Assembly (NCBI GenBank): GCA_947495325.1
Contig: CANLYK010000005.1
Span: 79,894-143,893, forward strand
Source of the DNA: an uncultured Allomuricauda sp.
GTDB lineage: Bacteria > Bacteroidota > Bacteroidia > Flavobacteriales > Flavobacteriaceae
Reading direction: 5' to 3'
Length of the DNA stretch: 64,000 nucleotides
Shown: piece after piece, positions 1 to 9,865 of the stretch
How the letters are laid out: every line of letters begins with the position of its first letter
Position numbering within the stretch: the first letter of the stretch is position 1
Notes under the pieces: generated by a model
What the model saw: only the letters and a program-made list of their open reading frames with translations
Database searches by the model: none
What the model was told of the DNA's origin: nothing
Made by a program: the position numbers and the translations under genes

Positions 1-372
1 CAGATGATACGTAACGGTAAGCCTATGGAACCCGCTCCGTTTACCGTCAATTTTGTGGAATCAGGAACCTACAGATTTCATTTAAGAAGATGGCCGTCAG
101 AAAGTGGTTTGGCATTGGGTGCGGAACTAAATGATGGAAAACCTGAAACACTCTATACAGCACCCATTGCGGACGGGAACCCTATGAAATTTAAAAAGGC
201 ATATTTAAAGATTGCAGATAAAAATATGGATGTAAGTGTTGATAATAATGCCACGGCCGCAGTACTGGAAATGGAAGTTCCACAAGGGCAAACGGAACTG
301 CTGGCTTATTTTGATATGGAAGATGGAACACCTTGTAATGCATTTTACATCGATGTGGAAAAGTTAAATTAG
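1..372 (+). CDS. 3' end of a CDS truncated by the window edge. C-terminal domain of unknown function, possibly the tail of a secreted sulfatase or other glycan-active enzyme.
   Basis: Frame 1 is open from base 1 (CAG precedes the first ATG at 4) to TAG at 370-372. There is no start context upstream, so the ATG at 4 is probably internal. The family guess rests only on neighbourhood and a vaguely familiar YRFHLRRWP segment. Confidence 0.4.
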   Translation, partial: QMIRNGKPMEPAPFTVNFVESGTYRFHLRRWPSESGLALGAELNDGKPETLYTAPIADGNPMKFKKAYLKIADKNMDVSVDNNATAAVLEMEVPQGQTELLAYFDMEDGTPCNAFYIDVEKLN

Positions 373-445
373 AAAGGGACTATAACATCAAATCAAGGTT
401 AATAATCAATCACAAATAATAGTTATTCCCAAAAAACAAAGAAAT

Positions 446-1921
446 ATGAATAGATTACTAAAATCAGCGTTTTTAATTGCACTGATTTCGCTACTTTTTA
501 TCCAATGTAAAACAGAGGGAAAAAAAATAGAGGAAAAAAAGCGTCCAAACTTTTTATTTGTATTGGTTGATGATCAATCTCCATTTGATTTGCAAACCTA
601 TGACCCACAATCAATTTTAGAAACATCAAATATTAGCAATCTAGCCAATGAGGGGGTTGTTTTTGAAAACGCCTATCATATGGGTTCTTGGTCTGGTGCA
701 GTCTGTACTCCATCAAGGCATATGATTATGAGTGGACGAACATTATGGCATCTTCCTTCCAGAGGGAATTTTATCAATCCTAATGATCCGGATAGTCTGG
801 AATTACAGACCATGGGGGCAGTCTTTAATAGAGCCGGATATAAAACCATGAGGACCTGTAAAAAAGGAAACTCGTATCCAGCTGCCAATGCACAGTTCAC
901 CGAAGTGCACGATGCAACTAAACGTGGGGGCACAGAGGAGACCGGAAGTGCGTGGCACGGAAAACAGGTTTTGGATTATCTGGACAAACGGGAAAGTTCA
1001 AAAGACGCAGATCCATTTTTAATATATTTTGGATTTTCACATCCTCATGATACCCGGGATGGAACACCGGAGCTTCTTGCTAAATATGGAGCGGTAAACC
1101 ATAAAGATACACTTAACGTACCCCCTGCTAATGAGAATCAACCTCAATTACAAGACAACTATTTAACAGCGCATCCTTTTTTTCACGGGCATCCGGAACT
1201 TAGGGATGAGGAACGTGTAAGCGGTGTTTGGAAAAATAGGGATGAACAGACCGTTAGGAATGAACTTGGTCGGGAATATGCCTGCTCCGAGAACATTGAT
1301 ATTCAGTTGGGGAAAGTACTTAAAAAGCTTGAGGATATGGGTGAATTGGACAATACCTATATTATCTACACCTCAGACCATGGAATGTCAATAGGTAGAC
1401 ACGGACTAATGGGGAAACAAAATCTTTATGAGCACACATGGCGTGTTCCCTTTATAATAAAGGGACCAGGAATAGAAGGAGGAAAGCGCGTAAAAGGAAA
1501 CTCATATTTGTTAGACGTACTACCTACTCTTTGTGATTTGGCGGGTATTAAAACCCCGGAAACTGTTGAGGGGATTAGCTTAAAACCAGTAATAAATGGT
1601 GAAAAAGAGGTAGTGCGGGATGTTATGTACGGAGTATATTCCGGAGGAACAAAACCAGGTATGCGAAGTGTTAGAAAGGGAGATTGGAAACTCATAAAAT
1701 ATGATACCATGGATGGAGAAGTTCGGGAAACCCAACTTTTCAATTTAAAAGAAAACCCAAACGAATATCTACCTGAACATGGAAAAACCGGTGAAATGGA
1801 AACTGATTTGGCTGAAAACCCAAAGTACGCAGATAAATTAGCCGAAATGGAAGCACTTCTTCTGGAACAGATGAAAGAGCATGATGATCCATACAGGTTT
1901 TGGAATCAAGGAGAATACTAA
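446..1921 (+). CDS. Secreted S1-family sulfatase (formylglycine-dependent arylsulfatase-type)
   Basis: 491-aa ORF with an N-terminal signal peptide (MNRLLKSAFLIALISLLFIQC). It has the sulfatase N-terminal metal-binding FLFVLVDDQ and the formylglycine motif C-T-P-S-R at 704-718 (AVCTPSRHMIMSGR), followed by TSDHG. Confidence 0.9.
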   Translation: MNRLLKSAFLIALISLLFIQCKTEGKKIEEKKRPNFLFVLVDDQSPFDLQTYDPQSILETSNISNLANEGVVFENAYHMGSWSGAVCTPSRHMIMSGRTLWHLPSRGNFINPNDPDSLELQTMGAVFNRAGYKTMRTCKKGNSYPAANAQFTEVHDATKRGGTEETGSAWHGKQVLDYLDKRESSKDADPFLIYFGFSHPHDTRDGTPELLAKYGAVNHKDTLNVPPANENQPQLQDNYLTAHPFFHGHPELRDEERVSGVWKNRDEQTVRNELGREYACSENIDIQLGKVLKKLEDMGELDNTYIIYTSDHGMSIGRHGLMGKQNLYEHTWRVPFIIKGPGIEGGKRVKGNSYLLDVLPTLCDLAGIKTPETVEGISLKPVINGEKEVVRDVMYGVYSGGTKPGMRSVRKGDWKLIKYDTMDGEVRETQLFNLKENPNEYLPEHGKTGEMETDLAENPKYADKLAEMEALLLEQMKEHDDPYRFWNQGEY

Positions 1922-1972
1922 ATAAATCATGCAGCCTTTTCTAAAGGTAAAATCAATAGCAAATCAAATGAG

Positions 1973-2728
1973 ATGAAAATTCAAAAAAACAAGCAACGAT
2001 TTCGTTTAACCTTTTCCATTTCATTTGGGCTGATATTGGTAATCTTTGCCAGCGCATTTTCAGAAATCAACCCAACAAATAGCGGTTTTGTTTCAATTTT
2101 TGATGGCAAGACTTTGGATGGATGGAAAGTCTATGGAAGTCCAGACGATGTTGCCAAAGACTATTGGAAAGTGGAAAACGGTACCATAACCTGCAATACT
2201 ATTGGAGATAGATATCATGCAGCCGTATGGTTGTTTTATGAAGAAGAACTGTCCGATTTTGAGTTGAAAATAAAGTTTCAAGCATACAGGGATAGTCCTG
2301 GGAATAGTGGTATACAGGTACGTAGCAGGTTTTATGAGGGTGGTGACATTGACGGCCCCCAATTTGATATTCATCCACCCGGTCCGTTTAGAACAGGATT
2401 GCTTTATGATGAATCTGACGGTTACAACAGATGGATATATCCCAGTATGCCCAGCCCAGCCCTTAAACCTGAAGAAGCTAACAATACTGCTCCATTTTAT
2501 TATTCAGATGACAAGCCATCATGGAACCAACTTCACATTATCTGTAAAGGAACACATATAAAGTCAATACTTAATGGGGTTGTTGTAACTGATTTTGATG
2601 GAGAGGGCATATTGAATGATCTTATACATAAAGAGCAAAATGTGGGTATGCATGGAAAGATAGCACTTCAGGTTCATGGTAAAAATGAACTACTAATTAG
2701 ATTTAAAGATATTCAATTAAAAAAATAA
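1973..2728 (+). CDS. DUF1080 (3-keto-disaccharide hydrolase-like, PF06439) domain protein, exported
   Basis: 251 aa with a hydrophobic N-terminal signal/anchor. DUF1080 hallmarks are present: FDGKTLDGWKVYG, WKVENGTITC, GIQVRS, IALQVHG...IRFKDIQLK. Confidence 0.8.
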   Translation: MKIQKNKQRFRLTFSISFGLILVIFASAFSEINPTNSGFVSIFDGKTLDGWKVYGSPDDVAKDYWKVENGTITCNTIGDRYHAAVWLFYEEELSDFELKIKFQAYRDSPGNSGIQVRSRFYEGGDIDGPQFDIHPPGPFRTGLLYDESDGYNRWIYPSMPSPALKPEEANNTAPFYYSDDKPSWNQLHIICKGTHIKSILNGVVVTDFDGEGILNDLIHKEQNVGMHGKIALQVHGKNELLIRFKDIQLKK

Positions 2729-2729
2729 A

Positions 2730-3476
2730 ATGAAAAACCTAAAAAAGGATAATATAATTTTTGGAGTACTATTTCTAATGGTGTTATGTTTAAATGCCCA
2801 AAATCGTTTCTACGATTATCGTGACCGTAGTCCAGAGAATAAAATACATATACTTTATACTGCCGGTGGTAACTGGCATGATCATTTGGGAGTTGCCGCC
2901 GTACTTCGCAGATTTTTGGAAGTACGTCATGAATATTATGTTACGTATACTGAAGATTATGATGTTTTTACGAGACCATTGGACCAATACGATGTAATAA
3001 TAATGAATGGAATGCCCAAAAGTATGACCTCTGAACAGCTTTCGGGCTTTCTAAATACAGTAAAGGAAGGAAAGCCGGTATTGGGCTTGCATTCAGCCAC
3101 CGCAGCCTTAAGTAAGGATACCATACAACGAAAGGAATATAGCAAAGTATTGGGAGCAGTATTCAATGGGCATCCACCAATACACAGGTTCCCAGTAGAA
3201 ATTACGGAACAGGACCATCCAATTATAAAGAATATAGGGGCATTTGAGATTTATGACGAGATGTACTTTTTTAAACAGCAGCAAGAAGAATCTACCGTGT
3301 TGATAGAGGCCGAACATGAAGGAAAGAAAACTGCTGTAGCCTGGGCTAGAAGGTATGGAAAGGGAAAGGTTTTTTATACTTCACTTGGACATGGCGTGGG
3401 GGCGGCGACGAATCGTTACTTTCAACAATTGGTGCTAAACGCATTGGAATGGTTGGTGGATAAAACTCCGAAATGA
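2730..3476 (+). CDS. ThuA-like (trehalose-utilisation, PF06283) domain protein with signal peptide
   Basis: 248 aa with signal peptide MKNLKKDNIIFGVLFLMVLCLNAQ. ThuA-like pattern HILYTAGGNWHDH, PVLGLHSA, VFYTSLGHG. The start lies 1 nt after the stop of the preceding gene. Confidence 0.75.
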   Translation: MKNLKKDNIIFGVLFLMVLCLNAQNRFYDYRDRSPENKIHILYTAGGNWHDHLGVAAVLRRFLEVRHEYYVTYTEDYDVFTRPLDQYDVIIMNGMPKSMTSEQLSGFLNTVKEGKPVLGLHSATAALSKDTIQRKEYSKVLGAVFNGHPPIHRFPVEITEQDHPIIKNIGAFEIYDEMYFFKQQQEESTVLIEAEHEGKKTAVAWARRYGKGKVFYTSLGHGVGAATNRYFQQLVLNALEWLVDKTPK

Positions 3477-3582
3477 GAAGAAACAATATGCTGAAGTTTG
3501 GCTGAAATAATCCATTTGTAAGAATTTTAGCTTAAAACCATGTGTTTTGACTTGGAGTCCAGACACAAACCAATGCTTTTTA

Positions 3583-3590
3583 TACATTTG
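3583..3590 (+). promoter_or_regulatory. Candidate Bacteroidota -7 promoter box (TAnnTTTG) for the AraC gene
   Basis: TACATTTG matches TAnnTTTG and lies 36 nt upstream of the ATG at 3626 in a 149-nt intergenic region. Confidence 0.3.
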
Positions 3591-3625
3591 TTAAATTACG
3601 TATCCAGGTATTTTAATTCCAATTT

Positions 3626-4489
3626 ATGAAACTTCATTTACTCGATAGATCAAGCATAGTAGATAGATCACTTACAGTTTCACATAACCTTTATCAGAAT
3701 TTTTTAAGGATATGGCATTTTCATGTTGAATTTGAACTTGTTGTAATAATTCAAAGTTCAGGGATGCGTTTTGTGGGTGACAGTATTGAGAAATTTGATG
3801 TTGGGGATGTTGTTTTGATCGGGAAAAATGTTCCTCATATGTGGTTGAATGATGACAAGTATTTTGAGAAGGATTCTTCACTTGAAGCTGAAGCAATTTC
3901 CGTTCACTTTAAAAAAGATTTTTTGGGCCCGGATTTTTTGAATGTCCCCGAAATGCAACCTATTGCAAACCTTTTGCACAGAGCGGAACAAGGGGTCAAA
4001 TTTTTGAAGACAGATGATAATGTAATAAATGAGTTGAAGCTTTTAGTTAATCTTGATCCAACGGCCCAGATAATCAAAATAATTGAAATTCTAAGCCTTT
4101 TATCCAAACATAAGGAATACCAGCTTCTTTCTAGTAGTGGCTTTTTAAATTCATTCCATAAGACTGAAAATAGGAGGTTGGACAAAATTTATGAGTACGT
4201 TTTTGAAAATTTCAATAGCCCAATTGGATCGGGGGATGTTGCTAAAATTGTGGGAATGAATAAATCTGCATTTAGTAGATTTTTTAAAAAGACCCATAGA
4301 AAACCATTTACAAAATACCTCAATGAAATTAGAATTGGGTACGCTTGTAAATTGCTGTTGGAGAATAATGAAAGCATCACTTCCATTGCATTTTTATCAG
4401 GGTTTAATAATATTTCAAATTTCAACCGACAGTTTAAAATGATTAAGGGAAAGTCCCCTTCTTCATATTTTAATTACCATAAAAGTTAA
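3626..4489 (+). CDS. AraC-family transcriptional regulator (cupin-like sensor domain plus AraC HTH). Candidate regulator of the downstream fucose operon.
   Basis: 287 aa. The C-terminal AraC HTH reads GMNKSAFSRFFKKTHRKPFTKYLNEIRIGYACKLL...GFNNISNFNRQFKMIKGKSP. The N-terminal half is cupin-like (GDVVLIGKNVPHMW). Confidence 0.88.
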   Translation: MKLHLLDRSSIVDRSLTVSHNLYQNFLRIWHFHVEFELVVIIQSSGMRFVGDSIEKFDVGDVVLIGKNVPHMWLNDDKYFEKDSSLEAEAISVHFKKDFLGPDFLNVPEMQPIANLLHRAEQGVKFLKTDDNVINELKLLVNLDPTAQIIKIIEILSLLSKHKEYQLLSSSGFLNSFHKTENRRLDKIYEYVFENFNSPIGSGDVAKIVGMNKSAFSRFFKKTHRKPFTKYLNEIRIGYACKLLLENNESITSIAFLSGFNNISNFNRQFKMIKGKSPSSYFNYHKS

Positions 4490-4567
4490 GATTGGTTATT
4501 TGTTTTTTAAGCAAAAAAAGTATCGAATATGGTATCCTTTTAGGTAGTTTGTAAGCGATAGGAGGGT

Positions 4568-4575
4568 TAGTTTTG
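4568..4575 (+). promoter_or_regulatory. Candidate -7 promoter box (TAnnTTTG) for the fucose operon
   Basis: TAGTTTTG matches TAnnTTTG and ends 22 nt upstream of the ATG at 4597. If this is the promoter, the TTG start at 4573 in the ORF track cannot be used. Confidence 0.3.
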
Positions 4576-4596
4576 TTTAGTTTAAAATTTAACCAA

Positions 4597-5937
4597 ATGG
4601 CAGACTCATTGACGATTACAGAGGTTATTGTAAAGGACATAAGATTCCCAACCAGTAAGTCTCTTGATGGCTCGGATGCTATGAATCCCGATCCAGACTA
4701 TTCAGCAGCATACGTTATCTTAAAAACCGATCATCCTGAAAACATTGAAGGACACGGACTTACTTTTACCATAGGTAGAGGTAATGAATTATGTGTTCAA
4801 GCTATAAAATCACTTTCATATTTAGTAAAAGGTAAATCATTGGACAGTTTCACCTCTAATATGGGTGAATTTTGGAAGATGATAACTGGAGATAGCCAAT
4901 TGCGTTGGCTTGGCCCGGAAAAAGGTGTAATCCATTTAGCTACTGGAGCTGTGGTAAACGCGGTTTGGGACTTGTATGCAAAAATAGAAGGAAAACCACT
5001 TTGGAAACTTTTGGCGGACATGTCCTCAGAAGAATTGGTTTCCTGTATTGACTTCACATATATTACTGACGCCATTACCCCTTCGGAAGCATTACAAATG
5101 CTCAAAAACAACGAAGACTCCAAGCAAAAGCGTATTGATAGTTTGTTGGCCAATGGATATCCGGCGTATACCACATCGGCTGGTTGGTTGGGCTATTCAG
5201 ACGATAAAATGAGACGTCTTTGTCGTGAGGCAAAAGAACAGGGCTTCAAGCATATGAAAATAAAGGTCGGTTCCGATTTGGATGATGATATGCGAAGAGC
5301 TGCAATTATTCGAGAAGAAATTGGAGATGATTTAAAATTAATGATGGATGCCAATCAAAAATGGGATGTGGACGAAGCCATTACCAATATGGAATCGTTA
5401 AAGGTATTTAACCCATGGTGGATTGAAGAACCTACAAGTCCAGATGATATTTTGGGTCATGCTAAAATTGCAAAAGCTGTAAAACCAATAGAGGTTGCTA
5501 CTGGAGAACATTGTCAAAACCGTGTGATTTTCAAACAATTAATGCAAGCAGGCGCTTTGGGTATTTGCCAGATTGATAGTTGCAGGGTAGGAGGGGTAAA
5601 CGAAATATTGGCCATTTTGTTGATGGCTGCTAAATTTAAAATACCAGTTTGCCCACACGCAGGAGGTGTTGGACTCTGTGAATATGTGCAACATTTGTCC
5701 ATGATAGACTATATTGCAATAAGCGGTTCCCAAGAAGATAGGATTATAGAATATGTGGATCATTTACACGAGCATTTTTATGACCCGGTCGTCATTAAAA
5801 ATGGAGCTTATATGCCACCAAAGCTTCCTGGGTATAGTATAACAATGAAAGAAGACTCTTTGAAAACGTATATTTTTCCCAATGGAGAATATTGGAAAAA
5901 TGAGAAAATAGACAAAACTAGTTTATATGAAGTTTAG
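4597..5937 (+). CDS. fucD: L-fuconate dehydratase (enolase superfamily, mandelate racemase subgroup)
   Basis: The N-terminus ITEVIVKDIRFPTSKSLDGSDAMNPDPDYSAAYVILKTD resembles characterised FucD proteins. Metal-ligand regions KIKVG, MMDANQKW and WIEEPTSPDD are present. ATG at 4597 is preferred to the TTG at 4573. Confidence 0.88.
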   Translation: MADSLTITEVIVKDIRFPTSKSLDGSDAMNPDPDYSAAYVILKTDHPENIEGHGLTFTIGRGNELCVQAIKSLSYLVKGKSLDSFTSNMGEFWKMITGDSQLRWLGPEKGVIHLATGAVVNAVWDLYAKIEGKPLWKLLADMSSEELVSCIDFTYITDAITPSEALQMLKNNEDSKQKRIDSLLANGYPAYTTSAGWLGYSDDKMRRLCREAKEQGFKHMKIKVGSDLDDDMRRAAIIREEIGDDLKLMMDANQKWDVDEAITNMESLKVFNPWWIEEPTSPDDILGHAKIAKAVKPIEVATGEHCQNRVIFKQLMQAGALGICQIDSCRVGGVNEILAILLMAAKFKIPVCPHAGGVGLCEYVQHLSMIDYIAISGSQEDRIIEYVDHLHEHFYDPVVIKNGAYMPPKLPGYSITMKEDSLKTYIFPNGEYWKNEKIDKTSLYEV

Positions 5938-6700
5938 CCTAAAAGGAAAAAATGTTTTGATTACCGGAGGTGGAAGTGGTATTGGTAGGGCCATTTCCAA
6001 AACCTTTGCGGGTCAAGGTGCTTTTGTACATATTCTAGAGTTGAATTTAGAAAACGCAAAAGAAACGGTTGATGAAATTGTTAGTGATGGAGGAGAGGCC
6101 CAAGCCTATGAGTGCAATGTTGCGAAACAGCAAGACGTTGTGTCGGCAGTAAAACCCATTCTGGAAACAAAAGGAGTGGATATTTTGGTGAATAACGCTG
6201 GAATTGCGCATATAGGAAATATAGAAAACACTTCAGAATCGGATTTGGACAAGGTTTATAATGTTAATATCAAAGGAGTATACAATTGTATATATGCGGT
6301 AATCGAGCATATGAAAAAAAATGGAGGTGTTATTTTGAATATGGCTTCCATTGCATCCTCGGTTGGCATTTCAGATAGATTTGCCTATTCCATGAGCAAA
6401 GGAGCGGTTCTTACTATGACCTATTCCGTTGCCAAGGACTATTTGGAATATGGAATTCGTTGCAATAGCATTTCTCCAGCTCGGATACATACTCCCTTTG
6501 TTGATGGATTTATCAAAAAAAACTATCCAGGAAACGAAGAGGAAATGTTTGAAAAACTATCCAAAACCCAACCAATTGGGCGAATGGGAACTCCGGAAGA
6601 GGTAGGGAATCTTGCCCTTTATCTATGCTCGGATGAGGCCTCTTTTATTACAGGAACAGATTTTCCAATTGATGGAGGATTTATAAAATTGAATGGTTAA
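5927..6700 (+). CDS. SDR-family dehydrogenase. Probable 2-keto-3-deoxy-L-fuconate dehydrogenase; the alternative role is L-fucose 1-dehydrogenase.
   Basis: 257 aa with Rossmann motif ITGGGSGIG, NNAG, and catalytic YSMSK (YxxxK). It overlaps the fucD stop by 11 nt, suggesting translational coupling. Confidence 0.8.
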   Translation: MKFSLKGKNVLITGGGSGIGRAISKTFAGQGAFVHILELNLENAKETVDEIVSDGGEAQAYECNVAKQQDVVSAVKPILETKGVDILVNNAGIAHIGNIENTSESDLDKVYNVNIKGVYNCIYAVIEHMKKNGGVILNMASIASSVGISDRFAYSMSKGAVLTMTYSVAKDYLEYGIRCNSISPARIHTPFVDGFIKKNYPGNEEEMFEKLSKTQPIGRMGTPEEVGNLALYLCSDEASFITGTDFPIDGGFIKLNG

Positions 6701-6716
6701 TAGAAATAAATAGAAT

Positions 6717-7571
6717 ATGAAATTAATCCGATTTGGAAACGCGGGAAAAGAAAAACCAGGAATTGAGTTAAACAATGGGGAACGATTAGATGTTTCCGGT
6801 TTTGGGGAAGATTTTGACGAATCTTTTTTTGGATCCAATGGTATAGATAGACTTGAATCATGGATAGAAATCCAAACCGAAGAATTACCCAATGTAGATT
6901 TGGAAACCAGACTTGGCCCTCCAATTAAAAGACCTTCAAAAATAGTTTGTGTTGGTCTTAATTATGCTAAACATGCTGAAGAAAGCGGAATGGAGCTTCC
7001 CAAAGAACCGGTGTTGTTCTTCAAGGCTACATCAGCCATTGTGGGTCCAAATGACGATGTTGTAATCCCAAAAGGAAGTAAAAAGACAGATTGGGAGGTT
7101 GAATTGGGAGTGGTCATAGGGCAAAAGGCAAGTTATGTAGAAGAAGCGGATGCAATGAACCATGTTGCAGGGTACGTTTTGCATAATGATTATAGTGAGC
7201 GGGAATTTCAACTTGAAAAAGAAGGCCAATGGGTAAAAGGTAAAAGTTGTGACACATTTGCCCCTATAGGACCGTATGTTGTAAGCAAGGATGAAATAGC
7301 TGACCCCCATAATTTAGACCTTTGGCTAACGCTCAATGGAGAGACGATGCAGCATAGCAATACCTCGGATTTGGTTTTTAATATCCCCCAACTTGTAAGC
7401 TATATTAGTCAATATATGACCTTGTTACCAGGAGATATTATTTCAACAGGAACGCCTTTTGGTGTGGGACTAGGATTTGATCCCCCTAAATACTTAAAAG
7501 CAGGTGATGTGGTTGAGTTGGGCATCAAAGGTTTGGGTACTTCAAAACAGCTTGCCAAGGCATATATGTAA
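6717..7571 (+). CDS. Fumarylacetoacetate hydrolase (FAH) family protein. Probable 2,4-diketo-3-deoxy-L-fuconate hydrolase yielding pyruvate plus L-lactate.
   Basis: 284 aa with FAH-family segments IVCVGLNYAKHAEE, DWEVELGVVIG and PGDIISTGTPFGVG. It sits inside the fucose operon. Confidence 0.82.
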   Translation: MKLIRFGNAGKEKPGIELNNGERLDVSGFGEDFDESFFGSNGIDRLESWIEIQTEELPNVDLETRLGPPIKRPSKIVCVGLNYAKHAEESGMELPKEPVLFFKATSAIVGPNDDVVIPKGSKKTDWEVELGVVIGQKASYVEEADAMNHVAGYVLHNDYSEREFQLEKEGQWVKGKSCDTFAPIGPYVVSKDEIADPHNLDLWLTLNGETMQHSNTSDLVFNIPQLVSYISQYMTLLPGDIISTGTPFGVGLGFDPPKYLKAGDVVELGIKGLGTSKQLAKAYM

Positions 7572-8401
7572 TGAAAATAGATAGTCATCAACATTTTTGG
7601 AAATATGATCCTATTAGAGATAGTTGGATTGATGACTCTATGGAAACTATCCGTAGGGACTTTTTTCCTGATGACTTGGAAGATTTATTGGAACAAAATG
7701 GAATTGATGGCTGTGTAGCAGTACAGGCTGACCAATCTGAAGAAGAAACTGAATTTTTATTGCAGTTGGCCAGCGAAAACAACTTTATAAAAGGTGTTGT
7801 TGGTTGGGTGGATTTATGTGCTTCCAATGTTTCGGAACGATTGGGGCATTTTTCAAAAAATCCATATTTTAAAGGTGTTAGACATATTCTTCAAGCTGAG
7901 AATAACGATTTTATGTTACAAAAATCGTTTCAGCATGGAATTGAGCAATTGAAACAGTTTGATCTATCTTATGATATCTTGGTATTTCCAAATCAATTGA
8001 AGAATAGTATAGCATTGGTAGAACGTTTTCCAGAACAGCGCTTTGTGTTGGACCATTTGGGAAAGCCCAATATTAAAGATGGAGAAATGGACAATTGGAA
8101 AGCTAATATTGAAGCATTGGCGGAATATCCAAATGTATATTGCAAGTTATCAGGAATGGTGACTGAAGCAGACTGGAATAACTGGAAATCACATGATATT
8201 TATCCATATATTGAGAAAATAATAAATGCCTTTGGTGCAGATCGTATCATGTATGGTTCGGACTGGCCCGTATGTTTATTGGCAGGTAAGTACGATGAGG
8301 TATTTGGAATTGTAAAAGAATACATTGGGCAATTGACCAAAGATGAGCAAAATAACATATTAGGAGGTGCAGCAACCAGCTTTTACAAACTATCGGCATA
8401 A
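7571..8401 (+). CDS. Amidohydrolase_2 (COG3618) family protein, probable L-fucono-1,5-lactonase
   Basis: 276 aa with N-terminal metal motif IDSHQHFW and C-terminal MYGSDWPV. It overlaps the preceding gene by 1 nt (TAATG). Confidence 0.82.
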   Translation: MKIDSHQHFWKYDPIRDSWIDDSMETIRRDFFPDDLEDLLEQNGIDGCVAVQADQSEEETEFLLQLASENNFIKGVVGWVDLCASNVSERLGHFSKNPYFKGVRHILQAENNDFMLQKSFQHGIEQLKQFDLSYDILVFPNQLKNSIALVERFPEQRFVLDHLGKPNIKDGEMDNWKANIEALAEYPNVYCKLSGMVTEADWNNWKSHDIYPYIEKIINAFGADRIMYGSDWPVCLLAGKYDEVFGIVKEYIGQLTKDEQNNILGGAATSFYKLSA

Positions 8402-8421
8402 ATTAATAAGATTCGTAGTAA

Positions 8422-9864
8422 ATGAAGTATAATCTAAAACCAATTGCACTACTTTTTTTGATGATATCCCTCTCCTTTTCATGCAAAGAGCAGAAGAAGG
8501 AGAACACAGACCAAATGGCATCAGAGGAAATTGCAAAAGTCGATTATCTGAAGGAATCAGATGAGGATTTTGATGCCCGGATGAAGTGGTGGAGAGATGC
8601 TAAGTTTGGCATGTTTATCCATTGGGGGGTATATTCTGTTCCTGCGGGAATATACAATGGCGAAGAGGTGAAAGGTATTGGCGAATGGATCATGGAAAAA
8701 GGGAAAATACCTGTAGAGGAATATGAAAAATTTGCCAAAAAATTCAACCCGGTAGATTTTGATGCAAGGGAATGGGCAAAGATTATGAAGCAGGCTGGTA
8801 TGAAATATGTGATAATTACTTCAAAGCACCATGATGGTTTTGCCCTTTGGGATTCAAAATATTCAGAGTATGATATGGTGGATTATACACCCTTCAAAAG
8901 AGATATTTTAAAAGAGCTTTCTGCTGCTTGTAAAGAAGAAGGTATTCGTTTTGGGATGTACCATTCCATAATGGACTGGCATCATCCGCAGGCACAAGGA
9001 AAAAAATATCCAAAATATAACAGTTTGGATAGTACGTTGATAAATCCAGAGTTTCCGGAATATGTGGAGAATTATATGAAACCACAACTCAAAGAACTTA
9101 TTGAAAACTATGACCCAGAAGTTCTATGGTTTGATGGAGAATGGATTCCTGCTTATACACATGAAATGGGGCTTGACCTTTACCAATACCTTAGAGAGCT
9201 CAAACCTAGCTTGATTATTAATAATCGAGTGGACAAAGGAAGACAAGGGTATCAAGGAATGAATAGTGATGATAAATATATTGGCGATTTTGGTACACCT
9301 GAACAAGAAATTTTGGAAGGAACAGCAGATGTTGACTGGGAGTCCTGTATGACAATGAACGATACTTGGGGATTTAAAACCAATGATCATAATTGGAAGG
9401 ATGCTGAAGTCTTGATTTTTAATTTGGTGGATGTTGCTGCAAAAGGTGGAAACTATTTACTCAATGTGGGGCCTACAGCTGAAGGTGTTATTCCAGCACC
9501 AAGTGTTGAAAGGTTACAAAAAATGGGAGATTGGTTAAAAATAAATGGAGAAGCCATTTATGAAACCGAAAAGCTTGATAGAAATTACAAAGAAGGTGAA
9601 AACATTCGCTACATTAAGAAAAAAGGAAAAGGTGTTTATTATGTTGCTTCTTTTGATAACACCGCGAATAATATTAAGCTCAATTACGTAAAACCAGCTA
9701 AAGGTTCTGAAATTATGCTCTTGGGCTACGACAAACCCATAGCATATACTTTTTCAGATATAGACGGATTATCTATAGAGTTGCCAAAGGAAGCAAAAAT
9801 TGACTTGGCAGAATCAAGTGCTTGGGTATTTAAGATAATGGGTGAAGAAAGGATTATAGAATAG
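8422..9864 (+). CDS. GH29 alpha-L-fucosidase, lipoprotein
   Basis: 480 aa with lipobox LSFSC. GH29 motifs are present: WWRDAKFGMFIHWG, YVIITSKHHDGFALWDS, WFDGEW, GGNYLLNVGP. Confidence 0.9.
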   Translation: MKYNLKPIALLFLMISLSFSCKEQKKENTDQMASEEIAKVDYLKESDEDFDARMKWWRDAKFGMFIHWGVYSVPAGIYNGEEVKGIGEWIMEKGKIPVEEYEKFAKKFNPVDFDAREWAKIMKQAGMKYVIITSKHHDGFALWDSKYSEYDMVDYTPFKRDILKELSAACKEEGIRFGMYHSIMDWHHPQAQGKKYPKYNSLDSTLINPEFPEYVENYMKPQLKELIENYDPEVLWFDGEWIPAYTHEMGLDLYQYLRELKPSLIINNRVDKGRQGYQGMNSDDKYIGDFGTPEQEILEGTADVDWESCMTMNDTWGFKTNDHNWKDAEVLIFNLVDVAAKGGNYLLNVGPTAEGVIPAPSVERLQKMGDWLKINGEAIYETEKLDRNYKEGENIRYIKKKGKGVYYVASFDNTANNIKLNYVKPAKGSEIMLLGYDKPIAYTFSDIDGLSIELPKEAKIDLAESSAWVFKIMGEERIIE

Positions 9865-9865
9865 A

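Noticed and set aside
3509-3520. 12-nt exact match ATCCATTTGTAA, followed by a similar A/T-rich tail ending in TTAGC. It is shared between the spacer upstream of the AraC gene and the spacer upstream of the tandem-DUF1080 gene (41414-41425).
   Set aside because: A rough expectation for 12-mer matches in 64 kb of AT-rich DNA is far above one, and it is of order one even within the intergenic fraction alone. I see no third copy and no symmetry, so this is not enough to call a shared regulatory motif.
4573-4596. Upstream alternative starts used by the ORF track: TTG 4573 for fucD, TTG 46261 for uxuB, TTG 61054 for susD, and ATG 18296 for dctM
   Set aside because: In each case a downstream ATG gives a more typical N-terminus: a conserved start, a lipoprotein signal, or ATGA coupling. 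The extension would run into the upstream gene or a putative promoter box. The starts are not experimentally resolved.
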